Below, in pieces: positions 7,327-14,077 of a stretch of DNA of 24,000 bases (position 1 is its first letter; every line of letters starts with the position of its first letter). This DNA comes from Acidobacteriota bacterium. Its GTDB lineage: Bacteria; Acidobacteriota; Blastocatellia; Pyrinomonadales; Pyrinomonadaceae. The stretch covers positions 11,079-35,078 of the forward strand of contig JAFDVJ010000060.1 of NCBI GenBank assembly GCA_018269075.1, given 5' to 3'. The position numbers and the translations under genes are program-made. The notes below the pieces were generated by a model, which did not search any database, was not told the DNA's origin, and saw only the letters and a list, made by a program, of their open reading frames with translations.

Positions 7327-7875
7327 GTGCAGACATCAGCGGTTACGCTAAGCGGTGAAAAAATTCAGGTCGGCAATTGCGTCGCGGTTTTGCGGCAGGG
7401 CGTCGAGCTTCTCGAAAAGCTCGACGACGGGCTTTACGCGAAGGCCGGCGGGCCCGAAAATTCGTCGGTCGGCGGTCATTTTCGCCATAATCTCGATTTC
7501 GTGACAAATTTTCTCGACGGTCTGGAAAAAGGGAAGATCGATTACGCCGCGCGCGAAAGAGATCCGCGCGTCGAAAACGACCGGGCTTGCGCCGCCGCGC
7601 GATTCCGGGCGGCGATCGACAGGCTCGAAAACCTCGGGGAAACGGTTTTCGACGCGAAAATCGTCGTCCGGTCGGAGACGAATCCGGCTCTCTGGTGCGA
7701 TTCGTCGGCCGCGCGGGAGCTCGAATTTTTGCAGAGCCACACGATTCATCATTACGCGCTGATCCGTTTCAAACTGGCGGCCGAGGGCTTTCAAACCCCG
7801 CCGGAATTCGGCGTCGCGCCTTCAACTCTCGAATATTGGAAAGGCCTTGAGGACAGGGCCGGGGAGCAACGATGA
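7327..7875 (+). CDS. DinB-like (DinB_2/YfiT-type four-helix-bundle) protein, 182 aa
   Basis: GTG start at 7327 with GGAG (7314-7317) 9 nt upstream. His-rich motifs GGHFRHNLDF and QSHTIHHYALI fit the DinB/YfiT metal-binding His triad spacing. The stop overlaps the next start as ATGA (7872-7875). Confidence 0.6.
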   Translation: MQTSAVTLSGEKIQVGNCVAVLRQGVELLEKLDDGLYAKAGGPENSSVGGHFRHNLDFVTNFLDGLEKGKIDYAARERDPRVENDRACAAARFRAAIDRLENLGETVFDAKIVVRSETNPALWCDSSAARELEFLQSHTIHHYALIRFKLAAEGFQTPPEFGVAPSTLEYWKGLEDRAGEQR

Positions 7876-8279
7876 ATATCTTGAGTTGGATTTTGCGGAT
7901 CGTCGCGGCGATCATTCTGCTGCAGACGCTGTTTTTCAAATTTACGGGCGCCGAGGAATCGAAGTATATTTTTTCGACGCTGATGGGCGACAACGAAGCG
8001 GTCGGCCGGATCGGTTCCGGCGTCGTCGAGCTGCTCGCGGTCGTGCTGTTGTTCGTTCCGGGGACGGCGTGGCTCGGGGCCGCGCTCGCGCTCGGGACGA
8101 TGGCCGGCGCGATTTTCAGTCATCTGACGAAGCTCGGCGTCGTCGTCAAGGACGACGGCGGGCTGTTGTTCGGGCTCGCGATCACGGTTTTCGCGGCGAG
8201 CTTCGCGGTGCTGCTGATTCACCGCCGCGAAGTGCCGGTCGTCGGGCCGCTGCTTTTCGGACAGGAAACCGGGCAATGA
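7872..8279 (+). CDS. DoxX-like small integral membrane protein, 135 aa
   Basis: It has four hydrophobic helices. The N-terminus MNILSWILRIVAAIILLQTLFFKFTGAEES is typical of DoxX-like proteins. GGGGAG (7861-7866) lies 5 nt upstream of the ATG. ATGA overlaps occur at both ends (7872-7875 and 8276-8279). Confidence 0.7.
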   Translation: MNILSWILRIVAAIILLQTLFFKFTGAEESKYIFSTLMGDNEAVGRIGSGVVELLAVVLLFVPGTAWLGAALALGTMAGAIFSHLTKLGVVVKDDGGLLFGLAITVFAASFAVLLIHRREVPVVGPLLFGQETGQ

Positions 8280-10078
8280 GGATTGTGGGGCAAATCAGGG
8301 ACAAACGCCGGTGGCTCGCCGCGGCCGGCGTTTGTCTTTTGGCGGGCCTCGCGGTTTATTCGGTCTTCGAATTTCTGACGCCGGCCGATTATGAAACTCT
8401 GAAGGCCGGCCTGCTCGCGCCCGAAAGCCTCGGCGTCGAACGGTTTTCGGGACTCGCGGTCTTTTTCATTCTCGCGGCGGCGACGCTCGTCAGCGAGGAT
8501 CTGACCTGCATCGCGGCGGGCGTGCTGGCGGCGCAGGGGAAAATCGGGCTCTCGCTCGCGATCTCGAGCTGCGCCTTCGGGATCTTCGTCGGCGACATAC
8601 TGCTTTTTCTGGCCGGCCGCTTTTTCGGGCGCAGGGCATTAAATAACAGGTTTTTCAATTATTTCGTCAGCGAAAGCGCGTTCGAGCGGAGCTCGCGCTG
8701 GCTCGAACGGCAGGGAATGAAGGCGGTTTTCATCAGCCGTTTCGTGTTCGGCCTGCGGCTCCCGCTCTATTTCGCGGCCGGCGTGCTGAAAACTTCGTTC
8801 CGGCGCTTTACGCTCTATTTCTCGGCGGCGGTCGCGATCTGGACGCCGATTCTCGTCGGCGCGACCTCGCTGCTCGGCGCCGAGGTCGTCAAAAATTCGC
8901 TTTTCAACCGGAGTCTCTGGCTCGGCATCCTCGTTTTCGCGGCGGCGGCGTTTTTCGGCGTGCGGCTCGTCCAGCAGCTGCTGACGTGGAAGGGCCGGCG
9001 GATCCTGCTCGGCCGGATCAAGCGGCGGTTCATCTGGGAATTCTGGTCGATCCGCGTCTTTTATCTGCCGGTCGTCGTGTACGTGCTGTGGCTGATGGTC
9101 CGCCGCCGGAGCCTGACGGTTTTTTCGTGCGCCAATCCGGCGATTCCGGCGAGCGGGTTCGCCGGCGAGTCGAAGGCCGCGATTCTCGACGGACTCGGCC
9201 GGTCGGCGGCGGCGCAGCCGTTTTCACTGAAATACCTGCTGCTGCGGGACGATCAGGCGGCCGCCGAACGATTGCAAGCGGCGACGGATTTTATGAATGC
9301 CGGCGGTCTTTCGTTTCCGGTCGTCGTCAAGCCGGATGTCGGCGAACGCGGGACCGGCGTCGTGATCGCGAAAGATCCGGCGAAGCTCGAAAAGGCGGTC
9401 GCCGACGCGAAAGGCGATCTGATCCTGCAGGAATTCGCGCCCGGCGTCGAAACGAGCGTGTTTTACTGCCGTTACCCGGACGATGAACGGGGCCGCATCT
9501 TCTCGATCACCGAAAAACGCTTCCCGACGGTCGCCGGCGACGGGCGGCGGACGCTCGAAGAGCTGATCCTCGCCGATCCGCGGGCCGTCTGTCTCGCCGC
9601 GAAATATCTCGAACGCAGCGCCGACCGGCTCGAAACCGTGCCCGGGGCGGGCGAAATCGTCCCGATCGTCGACATCGGCACGCATTCGCGCGGTGCGATT
9701 TTTCGCGACGGCGGCTGGATGAAAACGCCGGCGCTCGAGGAGACGATCGACCGGATCTGCCGCGGTTTCGAAGGGTTTTATTTCGGCCGGTTCGACATCC
9801 GCGCCGGCTCGTTCGAGGAATTCGCCGCCGGGGAAAATTTCCGGATCGTCGAGCTCAACGGCGTGACCAGCGAATCGACCAACATCTACGACCCGCGCTA
9901 TTCGCTGTTCGCGGCGTACCGCATTTTGTTCAGCCAATGGCGGATCGCCTTCGAGATCGGCGCCGCCAACCGCCGCCGCGGCGTCCGGCCGGCGTCGCTC
10001 GCGGAACTGATCGGCCTCGCGCTCGGACGGCCCGCCCGGCGGCCGGAAACCGTTCTTCAGGATGCCGAATGTGCGTAA
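8276..10078 (+). CDS. Fusion protein, 600 aa: N-terminal DedA/VTT (SNARE-associated) membrane domain plus C-terminal ATP-grasp ligase domain
   Basis: Track ORF 7847..10078. The real start is taken as ATG 8276 (MRIVGQIRDKRRWLAAAGVCLL), because the upstream part overlaps DoxX out of frame and is Arg-rich. The DedA-like core spans about aa 57-235 (LVSEDLTCIAAGVLAAQG, GDILLFLAGRFFGRR, FISRFVFGLRLPLYFAAGVLK). An extra helix follows (WEFWSIRVFYLPVVVYVLWLM). The ATP-grasp-like part spans about aa 285-565 (FPVVVKPDVGERGTGV, LILQEFAPG, FYFGRFDIRA, FRIVELNGVTSESTNIYDP). Confidence 0.75.
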   Translation: MRIVGQIRDKRRWLAAAGVCLLAGLAVYSVFEFLTPADYETLKAGLLAPESLGVERFSGLAVFFILAAATLVSEDLTCIAAGVLAAQGKIGLSLAISSCAFGIFVGDILLFLAGRFFGRRALNNRFFNYFVSESAFERSSRWLERQGMKAVFISRFVFGLRLPLYFAAGVLKTSFRRFTLYFSAAVAIWTPILVGATSLLGAEVVKNSLFNRSLWLGILVFAAAAFFGVRLVQQLLTWKGRRILLGRIKRRFIWEFWSIRVFYLPVVVYVLWLMVRRRSLTVFSCANPAIPASGFAGESKAAILDGLGRSAAAQPFSLKYLLLRDDQAAAERLQAATDFMNAGGLSFPVVVKPDVGERGTGVVIAKDPAKLEKAVADAKGDLILQEFAPGVETSVFYCRYPDDERGRIFSITEKRFPTVAGDGRRTLEELILADPRAVCLAAKYLERSADRLETVPGAGEIVPIVDIGTHSRGAIFRDGGWMKTPALEETIDRICRGFEGFYFGRFDIRAGSFEEFAAGENFRIVELNGVTSESTNIYDPRYSLFAAYRILFSQWRIAFEIGAANRRRGVRPASLAELIGLALGRPARRPETVLQDAECA

Positions 10079-10794
10079 TCTTCTTTGCTTATCATCACCA
10101 TCCCGACTTTCCGCTGGTCCTGCTGGCCAACCGCGACGAGTTTTACGACCGCCCGACGGCCGCCGCCGGTTTCTGGGAAGACGCGCCCCGCATCTTCGCC
10201 GGCCGCGATCTGTTGTTCGGCGGGACGTGGCTCGGGATTACCGAAACGGGCCGTTTCGCGGCCGTCACCAACTACCGCGATCCGCGAGCGCCGAAGGGCG
10301 GCTCGTCGCGCGGGGCGCTGGTCGGCGATTTTTTGGCGGGCGACGTTTCCACGGAAGAATACCTGCACGACGTCCGGCGGCGCGCCGGCGAATTTTCGGG
10401 CTTTAACCTGCTCGTCGGCGAGCTGCGGCCGGAAAAGCAGACGCTCGGCTATTTTTCGAACCGCGGGAACGATGTCGAAATGCTCGGGCCGGGCGTTTAC
10501 GGGCTCAGCAATCACCTGCTCGACACGCCGTGGCCGAAGGTCGAAAGCGGCAAAAATCGTCTCCGGGCGCTGCTCGCGGCGGCCGAACCGGACAAGCGGG
10601 AAATGTTCGAAATCCTGCGCGACCGGACGACGGCCGCCGACCGCGATCTGCCCGAAACCGGCGTCGGCCTCGAACGCGAGCGGCTGCTCTCGTCGATTTT
10701 CATTGAGACGCCGGTTTACGGCACGCGCTCGTCGAGCGTCGTGCTCTTCGGGCGCGATTACCGGATTTCGCTCGACGAGCGCGTCTACCGTTGA
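10069..10794 (+). CDS. NRDE-family (DUF833 / TANGO2-like) protein, 241 aa
   Basis: Track ORF 9937..10794. The start is taken as ATG 10069, giving MCVIFFAYHHHPDFPLVLLANRDEFYDRPT. That has the N-terminal Met-Cys and the literal NRDE motif of the family. AGGA (10059-10062) lies 6 nt upstream. It overlaps the preceding gene by 10 nt. Confidence 0.85.
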   Translation: MCVIFFAYHHHPDFPLVLLANRDEFYDRPTAAAGFWEDAPRIFAGRDLLFGGTWLGITETGRFAAVTNYRDPRAPKGGSSRGALVGDFLAGDVSTEEYLHDVRRRAGEFSGFNLLVGELRPEKQTLGYFSNRGNDVEMLGPGVYGLSNHLLDTPWPKVESGKNRLRALLAAAEPDKREMFEILRDRTTAADRDLPETGVGLERERLLSSIFIETPVYGTRSSSVVLFGRDYRISLDERVYR

Positions 10795-10801
10795 CCAACC
10801 G

Positions 10802-10830
10802 TTGGTTTTACGGGCGGAAAGCGTTATAAT
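10802..10830 (+). promoter_or_regulatory. Candidate sigma70-type promoter: TTGGTT-N17-TATAAT
   Basis: The -35-like TTGGTT is at 10802-10807, followed by an exact 17-nt spacer and a consensus TATAAT at 10825-10830. It sits in the 76-nt gap between the NRDE stop and ATG 10871. This is a pattern match only. Confidence 0.4.
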
Positions 10831-10870
10831 TTCGGTGAACGAACGTCAACGTATTTTCGCGCCCGTATTT

Positions 10871-11761
10871 ATGGAATTTCAAAAGCATACCGTCTTATTG
10901 CTCTGTCTGATCGTCGCCTTTCTGTCATTTGCCGTTCCGCTGTTCGGTCAGGAAGCGAACCTGCGCTTCGTGGTCGAAGAAAAACTGGCCAAGGCCGAGG
11001 TCTACCGCGACGGGAAAAAGACGACCGGCATCCGTCTCGAAGAGGTCTGCGACGTCGACAACGACGTCGTCGCGGCGCGCGTTTTTCGCGATTACGGCGC
11101 GATCTTCATCGCCGCGCCGGAAGTTCGTTTCCCGGTCAAATGCGTGTTCGCCGGCGATTCCGAGGTGCAGATGTATCAGTCGACCGCCAATCCGGTCACG
11201 AAAAACGTCGGCGGCACTTCGATCACGCTCCAGGAACCGGCGATGAACGCGCTGCTCGAAGCGGTCGACGAAGCGCGCAAAAAAAATCTCCGGATCTCGC
11301 CGCGCGGCGGTTCGATCGCGGCCGCCCGTTCGTATCAGGACACGGTCGATCTCTGGTATTCGCGGTTCAATCCGGGGCTCGGCCACTGGACCGGTCTCGG
11401 CAAGATCCCCCGGCGCGACGCCGACGCGGTCCGCGGCTGGGGCATCCAGAAACAGGTCGCGAAGGTGCTCGAATGGGAGGCGAAGGGCTGGTACTTCAGT
11501 ACCGATTTCAGCAAATCGATTCTATATTCGGTGGCCGCGCCCGGCGCTTCGCAGCATCTTTTTATGGTCGCGCTCGACGTCGAACAGTTCGCCAGCAAGC
11601 CCGTCCGCGAGATACTCGCGCGGCACGGCTGGTTTCAGACGGTCAAAAGCGATCTCCCGCATTTTACGTATCTCGGACTCGACGAAAGCCAGCTGCCGGC
11701 GCGCGGCCTGAAGCCGGTTTTCGTCGGCGGCCAGAAATTTTGGATCCCGAATCTCGATTGA
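10871..11761 (+). CDS. Secreted LAS/M15-like metallopeptidase (VanY / L-Ala-D-Glu peptidase-type motifs), 296 aa
   Basis: Track ORF 10085..11761. The start is taken as ATG 10871, giving signal-peptide-like MEFQKHTVLLLCLIVAFLSFAVPLFGQEA. SQHLFMVALD (H-x6-D) and SDLPHFTY (D-x-x-H-F) match the Zn-ligand pattern of M15 peptidases. It is roughly 45% identical by eye to 13390..14058. Confidence 0.7.
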   Translation: MEFQKHTVLLLCLIVAFLSFAVPLFGQEANLRFVVEEKLAKAEVYRDGKKTTGIRLEEVCDVDNDVVAARVFRDYGAIFIAAPEVRFPVKCVFAGDSEVQMYQSTANPVTKNVGGTSITLQEPAMNALLEAVDEARKKNLRISPRGGSIAAARSYQDTVDLWYSRFNPGLGHWTGLGKIPRRDADAVRGWGIQKQVAKVLEWEAKGWYFSTDFSKSILYSVAAPGASQHLFMVALDVEQFASKPVREILARHGWFQTVKSDLPHFTYLGLDESQLPARGLKPVFVGGQKFWIPNLD

Positions 11762-11785
11762 CGAATCGGGTGGGAGGTGAAAAGG

Positions 11786-13084
11786 ATGATTTGCCCGAAA
11801 TGCAGCGGTTTGAACGACGATACGAATATTTTCTGTATCATCTGCGGCGAAACATTTCATTCTTCCACAAATCTCCCGTCGACGGTGATGGGCCCGCAAA
11901 ATCCGCTGGAAACGATAATGCCGACGCAGATTTTTCAGCCGCCGCCCGCCGCCGGCGAAGAGTTTTTATCGACGCCGACCGTCTTCGGCGTCCCGCCGAA
12001 TTATAACCAGTCGCAGGCCGGCTTCAACCAACCCCCGCCGGGGTTCGATCAGTCGCAGGCGGGATTCAACCAGTCGCAGGCGAATTTCAATCAGTCGCAG
12101 GCGAATTTCAATCAGTCGCAGGCCGGCTTCAATCAGTCGCAGGCCGGCTTTAATCCGTCATTCGTCGGGTTCAACCCGGTGATTCCGCAGGTCCAGCCGG
12201 AGCCGCCGAAGAGCCGCTGGGTTTTGTGGCTCGGCCTCGGCGGCGTCTTCGTGATCCTGCTCGGCTGCGGGATCGCGGCGGCCGTGTTTTTCCTCTACCG
12301 GCCGACCGGCCCGGCCGAGGTTCTGCCCGATCATCTCGGTTTGTTTTTCCAGAACGGCGATAAGACGGCGATCACCGAGCTCGCCAAAAAGGATTATGCG
12401 AACGCGCTCGACGGCAAGGACAAGCTGCTCAAGGACGAATCGCTGCCCGAGGTCGAGAGCCGGCCGAACCTGATCCTCTATTCCGACGGCAAGGACATCC
12501 CGGTCGGCGATCTCAAGCTCGTCCAGCTCGACACGATCAAGAACGACGGCAAGCTCAAACAGGTCGAGTTCAAGGTGACGCCGGTCGATGGCAAACCCGA
12601 GATGAAGCGGCTCTGGCTGACGGAAAATCTGGCCAAAGGGAAATACGCCTTCGCGCTTTTCGACGGGTTTCTCGACGAGGGAAAACATAAGCTCTGGGCT
12701 TTTCAGGTGAAGAATTCCGACCGGACCGACAATGCCAGTCTGCTCAAGGAGCTAACGGTCGCGCCGAAATCGAAGGACGAGAAGAAGGAAGAAAATTCGA
12801 ATACCGCGACGCCGTCGCCGAGCGCGACCGCGACGCCGAAACCGACGGTCGCCCCGCCGGTCGGGGCGCGGACGGCCTACGCCGGCACCAACAACGTGCT
12901 GGTGCGCTCCGCCCCGAGTCTCGACGCGGCCAAAGTGAACGCTCTGAGGAACGGTCAAAAGGTTTACATTCTCGGTTTTTCGGACAATTACGATTACTGG
13001 AACGGTCTGGAAGGAAACTGGGCCCACGTGCAGACCGAAGGCGGGCAGCGCGGGTGGGTTTTCTCGCCGCTCCTGAGATATTGA
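11786..13084 (+). CDS. Bitopic membrane protein, about 432 aa: N-terminal zinc ribbon, N/Q-rich heptad repeats, one TM helix, extracytoplasmic domain, PT-rich linker, C-terminal SH3b domain
   Basis: ATG 11786 lies 8 nt after GGGAGG (11772-11777). The track used GTG 11777. CPKC..x..CIIC forms a zinc ribbon. Eight NQSQAGF-type repeats follow, then TM helix WVLWLGLGGVFVILLGCGIAAAVFFLY. The linker is ATPSPSATATPKPTVAPP. The C-terminus YAGTNNVLVRSAPSLDAAKVNALRNGQKVYILG...WAHVQTEGGQRGWVFSPLL is bacterial SH3-like. Confidence 0.75.
   Translation: MICPKCSGLNDDTNIFCIICGETFHSSTNLPSTVMGPQNPLETIMPTQIFQPPPAAGEEFLSTPTVFGVPPNYNQSQAGFNQPPPGFDQSQAGFNQSQANFNQSQANFNQSQAGFNQSQAGFNPSFVGFNPVIPQVQPEPPKSRWVLWLGLGGVFVILLGCGIAAAVFFLYRPTGPAEVLPDHLGLFFQNGDKTAITELAKKDYANALDGKDKLLKDESLPEVESRPNLILYSDGKDIPVGDLKLVQLDTIKNDGKLKQVEFKVTPVDGKPEMKRLWLTENLAKGKYAFALFDGFLDEGKHKLWAFQVKNSDRTDNASLLKELTVAPKSKDEKKEENSNTATPSPSATATPKPTVAPPVGARTAYAGTNNVLVRSAPSLDAAKVNALRNGQKVYILGFSDNYDYWNGLEGNWAHVQTEGGQRGWVFSPLLRY
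12005..12172 (+). repeat. Eight tandem 21-bp in-frame repeats encoding NQSQAGF-type heptads
   Basis: Units start at 12005, 12026, 12047, 12068, 12089, 12110, 12131 and 12152. They encode NQSQAGF, NQPPPGF, DQSQAGF, NQSQANF, NQSQANF, NQSQAGF, NQSQAGF, NPSFVGF. The central units are near-identical at the DNA level (cagtcgcaggc[cg]...ttcaat). Confidence 0.9.
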
Positions 13085-13098
13085 TTTATCGAGGAATA

Positions 13099-14061
13099 AT
13101 GAACATCATCAAGAAAAATATCGTTTGCTTCGCGGTCTTATGCGCGGTCTCTCTGACCGGCGCCTGCTGGTCGGCCGACTCCAACACCAAAAGACGGTCG
13201 AACAGCCCGTCCGCGTCGCCTTCCGGGTCGGTTTCGCCGGGCGGCACGACCGATCCGAAAACAAAGAATAATCAAGGAGATCCCAACAGCAAAGTGAACA
13301 ATTCGCCCGACCAAACGCCGAAAAGCGGCGGTTTCGACGGCAATCTGCCGGACGGTTTTCAGAAGCCGACCGATTCCGTCGGCCAGCGTGTTTTCAAGGA
13401 ATACGGCGCGATGTTCGTCGCCCGGGGCGTGACGCCGCCGAACAAGGTTCTGTTCAAGGACGAATCCGAGGTCTCCGCTTATCAATCGAGCGTCCAGAAA
13501 TCGACCGAATCGATCGGCGGCATTCAGGTCGTCCTCCAGACGGCGGCGATGAACGCTCTCAAAGAGGCGATCGAGGAGGCGAAGGGCCAGAATCTATCGA
13601 TCACGCCGCGCAACGCCGATTCGTCGGTCCGCACCTATCAGCAGACGGTGACGAACTGGCAGAGCCGTGTCGATCCCGGGCTGACCTACTGGGTCGGCAA
13701 GGGCCGGATCTCGAAGGAAGACGCGAGCCGGATCAAGGGCCTGCCGATCGATCAGCAGGTCGTCGAGGTTCTCAAGTTAGAGGAACAGGGCATTTACTTT
13801 GCTGCGGGCAACGCGAAGACGATTCTGTATTCGGTCGCGCCGCCGGGAACTTCGCAGCATCATTCGATGCTCGCGCTCGACGTCGCGCAGTTCGGCGATT
13901 CGAAAGTGCGGGCGGTGCTCGCCCGGCACGGCTGGTTTCAGACGATTCCCTCGGACGAGCCGCATTTTACCTATCTCGGCGTCGCCGAGAGCGAACTGTC
14001 GAATCTCGGGCTGAAAAAGGTCGTCAGCAACGGCAAGGACTTCTGGGTTCCGAACATTTAG
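13099..14061 (+). CDS. Probable lipoprotein, paralogous LAS/M15-like metallopeptidase, 320 aa
   Basis: ATG 13099 has GAGGA (13091-13095) upstream. The track started at 13054. The N-terminus is MNIIKKNIVCFAVLCAVSLTGAC (lipobox-like LTGAC), followed by an S/P/N-rich linker. The domain carries SQHHSMLALD (H-x6-D) and SDEPHFTY (D-x-x-H-F). Confidence 0.7.
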   Translation: MNIIKKNIVCFAVLCAVSLTGACWSADSNTKRRSNSPSASPSGSVSPGGTTDPKTKNNQGDPNSKVNNSPDQTPKSGGFDGNLPDGFQKPTDSVGQRVFKEYGAMFVARGVTPPNKVLFKDESEVSAYQSSVQKSTESIGGIQVVLQTAAMNALKEAIEEAKGQNLSITPRNADSSVRTYQQTVTNWQSRVDPGLTYWVGKGRISKEDASRIKGLPIDQQVVEVLKLEEQGIYFAAGNAKTILYSVAPPGTSQHHSMLALDVAQFGDSKVRAVLARHGWFQTIPSDEPHFTYLGVAESELSNLGLKKVVSNGKDFWVPNI

Positions 14062-14077
14062 CCGGACGCCGAAAACC

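Noticed and set aside
1014-7336. Long alternate-frame or antisense ORFs over the permease, cax, hutI and hutH: 1014..2309, 2386..3510(-), 2496..3575, 4255..5472(-), 4575..5633, 5630..6079(-), 5782..6261(-), 6116..7336(-), 6379..7170
   Set aside because: All are extremely Arg/Pro/Gly/Asp-rich. All overlap genes with strong family motifs in another frame. This is expected from stop-codon depletion in GC-rich DNA.
14062-14077. 16-nt gap between convergent genes (stops at 14061 and 14078) as a bidirectional terminator
   Set aside because: No inverted repeat fits in or around gccggacgccgaaaacc. Termination signals, if any, must lie inside the opposing coding regions.
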